Origin: Hyalangium minutum
GTDB lineage: Bacteria; Myxococcota; Myxococcia; Myxococcales; Myxococcaceae
Length of the DNA stretch: 64,000 bases
Reading direction: 5' to 3'
NCBI RefSeq assembly: GCF_000737315.1
Contig: NZ_JMCB01000001.1
Location: 310,001-374,000 of the forward strand
A program made the translations under genes and the position numbers. Below the pieces are notes generated by a model. The model had not been told where the DNA came from and searched no databases. It saw only the letters and a program-made list of their open reading frames with translations. Positions 16,858-25,448 of the stretch are shown here, piece by piece. Every line of letters begins with the position of its first letter. The first letter of the stretch is position 1.

Positions 16858-17240
16858 ATGCCTCAGGCGTCAGTCTTGCTCAAGACGCACCTTGAGTGAG
16901 CGCCCATACCCACTCCTGGCTTTCCTTGCCATCGCGCAGCAGTCGGCTCCCCCAAGCAGGAGAGGAGGAGGCGAGAGTGGCGACCCAGGCAGCGGCCAGC
17001 AAGGAGCCGATGAGGGAAAGGACGCCGCGTGTGGACTTGGGCACCATTCCTTCCCATTACGGCGAGTCGAACTACGCCGCCGTGGACGCGGTCGACATCG
17101 CCATGCTCGCCGCGTTCAGCTCGCGTTGAGTCCTGCCAGACCTCATGCTCTGTCGCATAGGCTGAAAAAGCGTCGCAGGTTCGGGCCCTGCGCCCGCTGC
17201 GGGAGGCACCGTAGCCGCCCATGCCCCGGAGGGAACACTC

Positions 17241-17846
17241 ATGACAGGCACCCCGGCCACCCGGCCACCTCCTCGCGTCCTGGCCGATGCCTTCGTCCGC
17301 ACGCGTGCCCACGAGGGGGCGCTCGTACTCGGCGCGGCGCTCTTCACCGCGCTGCTCGCGCAGGTCTCCCTCCCGGTACCCGGCTCCCCGGTGCCCATCA
17401 CGGGACAGACGCTCGCGGTCGTCCTCACCGCTGCCGTGCTCGGGCCCGTGCGGGGCATGGCCGGGCAGCTCGCCTACGTCCTGCTCGGGGCGGTGGGACT
17501 GCCGTTCTATGCGAAGGCTGCCAGTGGCTTCGGGCACGTGCTGGGGCCCACTGGCGGCTACCTCGTGGGCTTCCTTCCCGCGGCCTTCCTCGTGGGCCTG
17601 GCGGCGCGGCACGGCTTTGACAGGCAGCCGTGGAAGGCGCTGCCCCTCTTCCTCGTCGGCCAGCTTGTCATCCTCGCCCTTGGCGCGTCCTGGCTCTCCG
17701 TGGTGGCCCCGCTCCCCTTCACCACGGCCCTTCAAAAGGGCTTCCTACCCTTCCTCGCTGGCATGCTGCTCAAGGCCACCATCGCCGGCCTGGGGGTGCC
17801 CCTCGCCTGGCGAAGGCTTGGCGCACCTTCCAGAACCAGCGGGTGA
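17241..17846 (+). CDS. bioY: Biotin transporter substrate component BioY
   Basis: PVPITGQTLAV, YVLLGAVGLPFYA, LGPTGGYLVGF, GFLPFLAG.LLK are BioY signatures. Confidence 0.93.
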   Translation: MTGTPATRPPPRVLADAFVRTRAHEGALVLGAALFTALLAQVSLPVPGSPVPITGQTLAVVLTAAVLGPVRGMAGQLAYVLLGAVGLPFYAKAASGFGHVLGPTGGYLVGFLPAAFLVGLAARHGFDRQPWKALPLFLVGQLVILALGASWLSVVAPLPFTTALQKGFLPFLAGMLLKATIAGLGVPLAWRRLGAPSRTSG

Positions 17847-17888
17847 GCGCCCAGGAGGCACCGAGGCAGCAGCCGAGTTGGAGGAAGG

Positions 17889-18088
17889 CCTCATGGCGAG
17901 GTGACTGCCGGAGGTGTGCCGCAGGTCGTGCCAGCCGATGCGCCCTTGCTCGCGGCTGATTCCCGCCGCCCGCAGCACACGCTGGAGCGGCAGCTTCATC
18001 GGGCCATCGCTGAGCGGCTGGCCGTCCTGCTGTCAGAACACATAAGGGTTCGCAGGTGGCGGTGTCCCTTGAGTGCGTCCACCGCCGA
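17889..18088 (-). pseudogene. Tyrosine recombinase/phage integrase C-terminal fragment
   Basis: Reads SAVDALKGHRHLR / frameshift / PYVF*QQDGQPLSDGPMKLPLQRVLRAAGISREQGRIGWHDLRHTSGSHLAMR. HDLRHT at 17913-17930, in-frame TGA at 18033-18035, truncated before the catalytic Tyr. Confidence 0.88.
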
Positions 18089-18187
18089 GGTTGGCGGGTC
18101 CACCCTGATTCAGTCTGACTTCAAACTCAGACACCGCTGAGTGATGCAGCCAAGGCGCCTTCCTCCCCCGTACCCCCTCCGGACCAA

Positions 18188-19069
18188 CTACAGCAGAGCC
18201 TGGAATAGCGCCTTGCCGCTCCTGGCAAGCCACTCATCGAACGTCAGCAAGCCCGGGTGCAGCTTGCGGAGCGCGGCGATGTCGGCCTTGCCGCCGTCTT
18301 CACTCGCGAACACGGCGAGGCGCTCGAGGCTGGGGTTCTGACGAAGGATCTCCCCCGGAATCTGGGCGTACGGAATGGACCGGTTCGTCGCGCGACTGAT
18401 GGCCTCCGCGAGCTGCACTCCCGACAGCGAATCGCCCGCGAGCTCGATCGACTTGCCCACGTACGTCTCCGGATCGCTGAAGGCGAGGGCGACGAACCGA
18501 CCAATGTCATCCACGGCAATGAGCTGGAGGCGGCTCTGCGGTGCGCTGAAGAAGGAGAGGACGCCCCGAGGGATTCCGAAGTCCGGCCACGTGAGGATCT
18601 CCATGAACGCGTTAGGGCGGATGATCGTCGCGGGCACCCCGAGCGAGCGGATGTACTGCTCGATCTTCCACTTGCTCTCGAAGTGGCCGATGCCCGTGTT
18701 CCGCTCCGCGCCGCCGACAGAGGTGTAGATGAGGTGCTTGACTCCCGCTGCCTTGGCTGCGTCCGCGACGTTCCTTCCAAGGCGAGCCTCGTCCTCCCAC
18801 ATGACGCCCGAGCCCGCCGGGCCTGCGCTTGGCTGAACGCTGAAGACGCCGTAGGCGCCGCGCATCGCCGCCTCAAGCGACGCGCGATCACCCATGTCCC
18901 CGGGAGCCAGCTCCACGCCCGCATCCGCGAGCACTCGGGCCTTCGCACTCTGCAGGCCGCGAACCAGTGCGCGCACGCGCCATCCGCTTGCCGCCAAGTG
19001 CTTCGCCGTCGCTCCGCCTTGCTGCCCTGTTGGTCCGATCACGACAACGACCTTGTCTGCGTTGCTCAT
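18188..19069 (-). CDS. NmrA/HSCARG-family NAD(P)-binding protein
   Basis: VVVIGPTGQQGG Rossmann motif, GAYGVFSVQ, HLIYTSVGGA, HFESKWKIE, IIRPNAFME. ATG 19069 with RBS GAGGAG. Confidence 0.92.
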   Translation of the reverse strand: MSNADKVVVVIGPTGQQGGATAKHLAASGWRVRALVRGLQSAKARVLADAGVELAPGDMGDRASLEAAMRGAYGVFSVQPSAGPAGSGVMWEDEARLGRNVADAAKAAGVKHLIYTSVGGAERNTGIGHFESKWKIEQYIRSLGVPATIIRPNAFMEILTWPDFGIPRGVLSFFSAPQSRLQLIAVDDIGRFVALAFSDPETYVGKSIELAGDSLSGVQLAEAISRATNRSIPYAQIPGEILRQNPSLERLAVFASEDGGKADIAALRKLHPGLLTFDEWLARSGKALFQALL

Positions 19070-19128
19070 GGTGCTCCTCTCAAGTGTCCCCTTGCTCGCT
19101 CTGTAGGCGAGCCGCGCCATGAGAGTCA

Positions 19129-19214
19129 AGACGACCGGTCATATTTATATGAAAGACTAGTTAGTACAGATAGTTGAGTGGATTCGTTGACAGGCTCAGA
19201 CGACCGGTCATATT
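19129..19214. promoter_or_regulatory. Duplicated 17-bp TetR operator and divergent promoter region
   Basis: AGACGACCGGTCATATT at 19129-19145 and 19198-19214 (palindromic core GACCGGTC). TTGACA at 19187-19192. Confidence 0.75.
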
Positions 19215-19220
19215 CGCGCT

Positions 19221-19799
19221 ATGGCACGAGCGAGCGTCCGTGAACAGATCGTCGTCGCAGGGATGAAGACCCTGCTCCAGCAGGGCTTCAACGGGTGCGG
19301 CGTTCAAGACATCACCTCGGCCGCCGGGGTCCCGAAGGGCTCGTTCTACAACCACTTCGAGAGCAAAGAGGCTCTCGGTGTCGAAGTCGTCGAGCGCTAC
19401 TGGCGGAGTTCCAACTCTCGGCTCTCCCTTCTGCGGGACTCATCGATCGCTCCCCTGGAGCGGCTGCGCCGCTGTTTCACCTCGCAGGTGGAGGCGCTCA
19501 TCGAGTGGAACTACGAGCGTGGCTGTCTTCTAGGGAATCTTGCCGCGGAGATGTCGGATCACAGCCAGCTCATCCGCGAGCGCGTGGCAGTGGCTTTCGC
19601 CGAGTGGTCACGCGAGCTTGAGAAGGTGATTCAGCAGGCGCAGGCCGCGGGTGAGATCTCCGCGTCCATGGCTCCCGCCGCCCTGGCTGTCTTCCTCATC
19701 AACGCCTGGGAGGGCGCGGTGCTGCGCAGCAGGGTCGACAGGAGCCGGGCGGCCCTTGATGCCTTCATGAGCATCACCTTCGACAAGGTCCTGACCTGA
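19221..19799 (+). CDS. TetR/AcrR-family regulator (NemR-like)
   Basis: QQGFNGCGVQDITSAAGVPKGSFYNHFESKE helix-turn-helix, GCLLGNL..E, NAWEGAVLR. Confidence 0.93.
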   Translation: MARASVREQIVVAGMKTLLQQGFNGCGVQDITSAAGVPKGSFYNHFESKEALGVEVVERYWRSSNSRLSLLRDSSIAPLERLRRCFTSQVEALIEWNYERGCLLGNLAAEMSDHSQLIRERVAVAFAEWSRELEKVIQQAQAAGEISASMAPAALAVFLINAWEGAVLRSRVDRSRAALDAFMSITFDKVLT

Positions 19800-19889
19800 G
19801 CGCGGCCTAGCCTGGCCCTTGGTTGGCGGTGCCCCTGTGCAAGTGGGTGGCGCGCTCACGGTCAGAGCGCTTTCAGACGGCCGGAGAAG

Positions 19890-20522
19890 GGGCGGATGCT
19901 CTGCGGGGCTGGCTCGGGTCTTCGTTCGGAGCACGGGAAGCGGCGGACGAACTGGCGAAGGTTGCAGAGGAGGGGGCAGACAGGCTGGTGGAATTCGACG
20001 TGCCACGGCGCAAGACTGCACGGAGCGCGCAAGCTGTCCCGAGGGGGGCAGCGTGTCCGACGCAGGCGCGCTCTCCTGCCGCTTCCATGTGTCGGCGCGC
20101 CCGACGGTGAAGAGCGGAGCAACGGGTTCTTCACCGAGGACGATTGGGTCCTCTCGATTCACAGCATGATGAACGGGACCCCGGCGGATCACTTCCTGGT
20201 CTGCGCGGAGGACACCACGGTGGTGGTGGGCACCGAGCAACGCGAGCAGGACCTGTATCGACGCTTCCCGCGCTTCGAGAGCATCTCCCGGAGGGTGATG
20301 CAGAAGGTCCTGGCGGAACAGCAGGAGCGGTTCGCCTCCTATCTCACCGATGGCCCGGAGCAGCGCTACCTCAAGCTCTCGAAGACGCGGCCGGAGATCT
20401 TCCAGCGGATTCCCCAGTACCAGCTGGCCAGCTACATCGACGTGAAGCCCGAGTCGCTGAGCCGGATCCGAAAGCGCATCGCCACGCGCGGCAAGCCGGT
20501 TACGCCGCGATGGAAGGCGTGA
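19890..20522 (+). pseudogene. Crp/Fnr-family regulator, 5' part frameshifted/degenerate
   Basis: The C-terminal part from 20103 is intact (DGEERSNGFFTE...EQRYLKL...IPQYQLASYIDVKPESLSRIRK). Upstream cNMP-binding segments lie in different frames. 5' boundary approximate. Confidence 0.7.
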
Positions 20523-20982
20523 CCGTCCGGAACCCCTTGGCGATGAGCCAGCCGCCGAGGAACAGCTCGAACAGGCCCCCGGGCCCGGAGAAGAGGATGC
20601 CCCACGGCAGCCCGAAGAGCTCGAACACGGACCCCAGCGCCAGAAGCCCGTAGCCCACCGCGCCCACCAGCGGGAGGAACGAGGGCAGAAGCCGGGACTG
20701 GTACAGCGACAGGCAGAACGCCACGCTGCCGGCTCCCAGGATGATCATCGCGAGCTGGTACGCCCAGAAGTTGCCCTTCGAGAGAAGTTTGAACAGGAGC
20801 ACCCGCTCCGACGTCGTCTGCCCTTGCGCAGATTCTCCGAGCTGCAGGATGGACAGAAGGAACACCACCCCGACGAGGAGGAGCAGCGCCTCCATCACCC
20901 GCGTGCAGACGTACGCAACGGCGAAGAATGGAAGGAGAAAGAGAATTCCCAGGGAGCGGGAGTGAAGACGGGTGGTGTTCAT
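20500..20982 (-). pseudogene. DUF4386-like membrane protein, apparently internally deleted (160 aa)
   Basis: N-terminus ...GILFLLPFFA joins directly to AYVCTRVMEA; the C-terminus GGLFELFLGGWLIAKGF is typical of DUF4386, whose members I recall as longer (about 220-230 aa). Confidence 0.55.
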
Positions 20983-21200
20983 CGCGAGGGTTCCAGAACG
21001 TTCAGCGACGTTGTGGCCTCGAAAGTAGAGAGGGGCGCCCTCGCCCGCATTGATGAGGGTTAATAAATGCGAGCCCCCAGCTCAGAAGTTTCCCCCCCAC
21101 GCACAGGTGGAGACGCTGGAATATAACAGCAACCCTGCTGCATTACTGGCCTGTTATACTGCGAGTGAAGCCCAACCCTGCTTTGCTCCGAGGTTCAGTC

Positions 21201-21938
21201 ATGCATCTTGTGAAACGGGTTGTCCTTGCTGTGGGTCTCCTGATCATGTCCGCGTGCGGAGGGGCCATCGCTGAGAGAGAACCGGATGTGCCGCCTCTGA
21301 ATGATCTGCCTCCGGATGTGCCGCCTCTGAATGAGTTGCCTCCGGATGAACCGCCTCCGTGTCAGCCGCCTCCGCCCCCGGCCGAGGACGCAGCTCACCT
21401 CGGCGCCGTGCATGCCTATTCCCAGAGCTGCCGCTATACCCTCTCCTACTCGACGCGCGTGGTGCCAGATGAGCCACACGCCGTCACGGTCTACGACATC
21501 TCCATCGAGCGCACGCAGGAGTGCTCCTGCCTCTGGGCGTCCCAGAGCACATGGCTCATGACGTCGTACACCCTGCCTGCCCTCTCGATCGCAGCCACCG
21601 ACAAGGGAGTGGCCGTTAGCTACACCCACAAGACGTCCTGGTCCACGGTGGGGAGCAACTACATCCCTCGCTACCTCAACATCAAACACATCGCACCGGA
21701 TACGCTTACGACCGTGAGAGACGTGCAATGGGGCGCCTGGGGTTGTGAGAGCGCCTGCGCTCCGGCCCACATCTACTCGGGGCAGCTCTCCTTCCCGAAT
21801 GGGGGTGACACTCTTCGGGTCGATGGAACCAAGAGCGGAATCATCCGGGGCGAGACCGGCAGTGGCAATAGCTTCAGCGCCCTCTTGCCGTCCTTCTTCA
21901 CCAGCACGACAGAGCCCTCCATCCAAGCCTCCCCGTAA
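21201..21938 (+). CDS. Hypothetical lipoprotein with Pro-rich repeat linker
   Basis: MHLVKRVVLAVGLLIMSAC lipobox, PDVPPLN(D/E)LP repeats, then a beta-rich domain with Cys pairs. Confidence 0.75.
   Translation: MHLVKRVVLAVGLLIMSACGGAIAEREPDVPPLNDLPPDVPPLNELPPDEPPPCQPPPPPAEDAAHLGAVHAYSQSCRYTLSYSTRVVPDEPHAVTVYDISIERTQECSCLWASQSTWLMTSYTLPALSIAATDKGVAVSYTHKTSWSTVGSNYIPRYLNIKHIAPDTLTTVRDVQWGAWGCESACAPAHIYSGQLSFPNGGDTLRVDGTKSGIIRGETGSGNSFSALLPSFFTSTTEPSIQASP
21282..21357 (+). repeat. 30-bp coding tandem repeat (2.5 copies)
   Basis: ccggatgtgccgcctctgaatga(tc/gt)tgcct at 21282-21311 and 21312-21341, partial third copy. Confidence 0.9.
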
Positions 21939-22070
21939 CGGGCACCTCGGCGACTCGGAAGATCGTCTCCATCGTGGACGGCGACGCTTTGAAACTTCGT
22001 CATGCGCCCCAGCCTGGGCGGTTACAGCCGCATCAAGCGGCGCGTGGAGCGGCAGCGAGACTAGCGCCCA

Positions 22071-22148
22071 GACTCCTGCCCCTATGTGCCGGGCCTCAAG
22101 CGCGATGATTGGTCACTGGAAGATCCCTAGGACAAGCCAGTGGAGCGG
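22071..22148 (+). pseudogene. Arsenate reductase ArsC (LMW-PTPase type) C-terminal fragment
   Basis: Reads DSCPYVPGLKRDDWSLEDP*DKPVER, matching the D.CP.VPG....W.L.DP motif, with premature TAG at 22128-22130. Confidence 0.75.
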
Positions 22149-22227
22149 TCGCGGTCGTACTGCAATGAGGAGATGAGCCACGCTCCTTTCCGCTCCCCCC
22201 TCTTCACAGCAGCTTCTATCCTCAAGC

Positions 22228-24006
22228 TCAGCGCCACTTCGTAACGGCCCGGACAGCGGTCACCTTGGTGGAGATGGTGTGGCCGGGCTTCGAGCCGTCT
22301 TCCTTCTCACGGCCCACATGACCGCCTCCGTCATCGATCTCGAGGCAGACAGGAACCGTGCGTCCGTCGGAAAGGTGGGCGCGGACATAGCGGCCGTAGA
22401 TGCGGTCCCCTGTCGTCCACAGGTGCCCGTCCACCCGCATGCCCTTCGGCGCCTTTCCGGAAGGTCTCCACAGCGCCCCCGTCACGGGCCCGTCCTTGAG
22501 CACCATGACGACGTTCTCCTCGGTCCTCTCCTGGCCCACCAGGTCCGGGTGCGGCTGGGTCACGTCGATCGTGATGACGGGGGAAACGTTGCTATCGATG
22601 TGCCACCCGAACTCCTCCATCACTTTGATGGCATCGTCGGGACAGTCCCCGGGCTCCGGGCGCGTCTGAACACCAGCGCAACCCGCTTGAAACCATGCGG
22701 CAGAAGCCACGAGGAGCGCGCACCGCTCCAGCTTCGAGAGCACAGGCCGCGCTCTCGGCTTCTGGGGCTCTTGCTGAGGGGGCACGCCACGGGTGGGCGT
22801 CGGGGAATTGTCGGGCTGCTTCACTGAAGGGTGAGCCTCCTGCTGGGTAGGGAGCGACAAGGGTAACGGCGCGGGGCGGCTTGTCGGCTTTTCGGCCAGC
22901 ACGGGGGCGGGAGGCGGAGCGGGCGCAACGGGCCTGTGCAGAAGGGCGGCCCCCGCTGCCGTCAGGACACCCAGCACCAGCGTGCCGACCCAGGCGGGAC
23001 GAAGCCACGCCCGGCGTGCGGCAGGCTGCTCAGTCTCGACAGGCGCGGAAGCAACTTGGGAAGGTTCGGGCGGCAGTTGCAAGGCGATAGGGTGAACGGG
23101 CGTGCCCCGCCAGTCCTCCCCCTCGAAGCGCGCGAATTCCTCCAGTGGGCGCCGCGCGTCCTTCGCCGTCTGGGGCCGCTCCTCGGGATCGCGGTGGATG
23201 AGCGTCATCGCATAGCGGCTCAGCTCCTGCGGAACTCTTCCCTGGGTGGCCTGATGAGGGGTGGGAGGCTCCATCACCGCGTGCCCCAGCGGCGGCCTCC
23301 GCTCGCCGCGCGTGGGCAACGGGTCGGTGAGCACGTCATAGAGATCGGCTCCCAGCGCGAAAATGTCGTCCGTGGCCTTGAAGGTGTAACGAGCCTGCGG
23401 GTTGAGCTGGTGGTCCCTCCAGAAGCGCTGAGCCTCCGGGCTGCGGATGCGGGAAGTCCCCGGGGGCAGCGGTCCGTCCGTCAGCTCCTCGGCGGTGGCG
23501 TAGTCGGCCGCACCAAAGTCGATGATGACCGGCTCGCCTTCCCGGGTGACCAGGATGTTCCGCAGGCTCAAGTCGCGATGAAACATGTGGCGGGTGTGGA
23601 TGTGCTCCAGCGCGTCGAACAGCTTGAGGAACAACACCACCACTTCATGCGGCGTCGGATGGGTCCGTTCCACCCACTGCGCCAGCGTGCAACCGTCCAC
23701 GAAGTCCAGGACGATGTAGAGAACGCCCGAGCGCGAGTCGGGCCAGCGCCCATGAGCCCACATGCGGATGATGTGGCGGTGTTGGAGCTGCTGCAGGCAG
23801 GCCACCTCCCGGCGGGCGCGTGCGTCCGTCTGCCGAGGGTCCTGGCTCCGCTCGGTCTGACAGGCCACCTTCAGCGCATACCGCTGTCCGTCCTTCTCCA
23901 CCTCGTAGACAACCGCGTAGCCACCTCTGCCGATGCACCGGACGATGCGCCAGACATCCACCATCTGGCCCGGCTGGAGGTTCAAAGGATCCACTGATGC
24001 CACCAT
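22228..24006 (-). CDS. Hanks-type protein kinase with TM segment and Cys-containing C-terminal extracytoplasmic domain
   Basis: IGRGGYAVVY, YALKVA, HRDLSLRN, IIDFG, SPE, DIFALG; TM VGTLVLGVLTAAGAALL; Pro-rich linker. Confidence 0.92.
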   Translation of the reverse strand: MVASVDPLNLQPGQMVDVWRIVRCIGRGGYAVVYEVEKDGQRYALKVACQTERSQDPRQTDARARREVACLQQLQHRHIIRMWAHGRWPDSRSGVLYIVLDFVDGCTLAQWVERTHPTPHEVVVLFLKLFDALEHIHTRHMFHRDLSLRNILVTREGEPVIIDFGAADYATAEELTDGPLPPGTSRIRSPEAQRFWRDHQLNPQARYTFKATDDIFALGADLYDVLTDPLPTRGERRPPLGHAVMEPPTPHQATQGRVPQELSRYAMTLIHRDPEERPQTAKDARRPLEEFARFEGEDWRGTPVHPIALQLPPEPSQVASAPVETEQPAARRAWLRPAWVGTLVLGVLTAAGAALLHRPVAPAPPPAPVLAEKPTSRPAPLPLSLPTQQEAHPSVKQPDNSPTPTRGVPPQQEPQKPRARPVLSKLERCALLVASAAWFQAGCAGVQTRPEPGDCPDDAIKVMEEFGWHIDSNVSPVITIDVTQPHPDLVGQERTEENVVMVLKDGPVTGALWRPSGKAPKGMRVDGHLWTTGDRIYGRYVRAHLSDGRTVPVCLEIDDGGGHVGREKEDGSKPGHTISTKVTAVRAVTKWR

Positions 24007-24028
24007 GCCGCGTACCTCCCGCCTGTTG

Positions 24029-24943
24029 TTACAGCTTCACATTGGGAATGGACAGACAGCGGCTCCCGTCACCGTTGCACACCCGCAGGGTGTGCGGCTC
24101 CGTCAGCCGTGCTTCGGATTTCCTCATGGGCATCTCCAGTTCGACCGCCACACGCGTCGAGGCCCCCGAGGAAAGGATGGGTTGGCCCGAGAGCACCGCG
24201 CGAGCGCGTCGCGGAGCCCCGCCCGCCACAGGAATCACCTCCGCCCATGCAGGCGACCACGGCTCATCCGCCGTGTTGCTCACCTCGAAGACCATCAAGC
24301 TCCAGGTGGCCGCTCCCAACACCTCACACCCTTGCAGGTGAAGTGTGCCGCGCACCTTGCTGCACGCATCATTCAAGTCCTTCCCTTGAATACCGCTCCC
24401 GTCCATGCCCCCGGCGAGCATGAAGGCGGCCGGGCTCAGCGCCGCAGGCCGGGCCTTCAACGCCTCCAGTTCCTGACGCTGGGCCTCACACTGTCCTCGC
24501 AGGGCGGCCAGCTCCACGCGGCACGCCTCCCCAGACTGTTGAGGCCGAAGGACGTTCACCACCTCATCCCTCTGCCCCGGCTGCCCAGTGAGCAGGAACA
24601 CGGCGCTGGAAGGAATCCCCTCGCGATAGGTGACGCGCAGCGCGAGCCTCTCGGCGGGCCCTAACGCCACGGCGGGCGAGAGCGTGACGGTACGCTCCCC
24701 CACATCCACCACGGAAAAGCGGGCCCGGCCCTCCAGCTCGACTGCCTCACGCACCAGGGGAGCGTCGAGGAGGAGCACGGTCACGATGCCGGGAGCCAGA
24801 AAGATCAACGGCGCCTCGCCGGCCTTGCCTGTGAGCACGACGGAGCGCGGAGCAGAGTGTCCCACGGGTGCTGTCTGTGCTGTCGCGGCAAGGCCCACCA
24901 GCCACAATGCGAGCGCCAGAGACAATGTGTCGGGTCGGAACAA
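24029..24943 (-). CDS. DUF2381-family protein (myxobacterial kinase-associated)
   Basis: Signal peptide, IFLAPGIVTVLLLDAPL, LRVTYREG.P..AVFLL, coiled-coil linker, ends ..IPNVKL. Lies 22 bp upstream of the kinase. Confidence 0.75.
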   Translation of the reverse strand: MFRPDTLSLALALWLVGLAATAQTAPVGHSAPRSVVLTGKAGEAPLIFLAPGIVTVLLLDAPLVREAVELEGRARFSVVDVGERTVTLSPAVALGPAERLALRVTYREGIPSSAVFLLTGQPGQRDEVVNVLRPQQSGEACRVELAALRGQCEAQRQELEALKARPAALSPAAFMLAGGMDGSGIQGKDLNDACSKVRGTLHLQGCEVLGAATWSLMVFEVSNTADEPWSPAWAEVIPVAGGAPRRARAVLSGQPILSSGASTRVAVELEMPMRKSEARLTEPHTLRVCNGDGSRCLSIPNVKL

Positions 24944-25448
24944 TGGGGAGCCACCTCACGGGTAGGCCCCCACAGTAGCAGATGCGAGCGAACGCTCGCG
25001 GGCCGGGATTCGGAAGCACCGGCCACCCAGCGTCACCTACCGTACGCCCATCGATGCGGCTCACGCCGTCTTCACGCCGGCACGCCGGACCTGGATGGTC
25101 GTCGGCTCCTCGTCCATGCTCAAGGACTCCCAGGGCGCCAGAGGCTTTGACTCAGTGGAAGGCGGCGTCTCTGCCTCACCGCTCGGCTCCGTGAGTGGGG
25201 GAATCGTCTTCCCCATCGACGGATGCGCGCGGGATTTCATCGCGGGGGCCAGCAGCAACAGCGCCAAGGCAAGCTCAAGCGCAGCACCACTTCGTGACGG
25301 CCCGGACGGAACGCACCAAGAGCTCTCGGCAGGACTGAGCGGGTTGTGATGCCGCCTGCGCGCAGCATCGGCGTACTCCCTCTGGCTACTCAACGGCGGG
25401 GGGGCCGTCTGGATAATGCCTGTAACCACGCTGCAAGAGGAAACAGAC

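Noticed and set aside
16262-16860. Retron (msr/msd) interpretation of the hairpin-rich stretch
   Set aside because: No reverse transcriptase (YADD motif) is present in the window and there are no long a1/a2 terminal inverted repeats.
16879-17047. 55-codon minus-strand ORF with a signal-peptide-like start (MVPKSTRGVLSLIGSLLAAAW...)
   Set aside because: Too short and no recognisable domain; it may be a gene scrap but cannot be supported.
24950-25400. Possible gene fragments between DUF2381 and the RTX gene
   Set aside because: No frame gives a recognisable motif, start or RBS.
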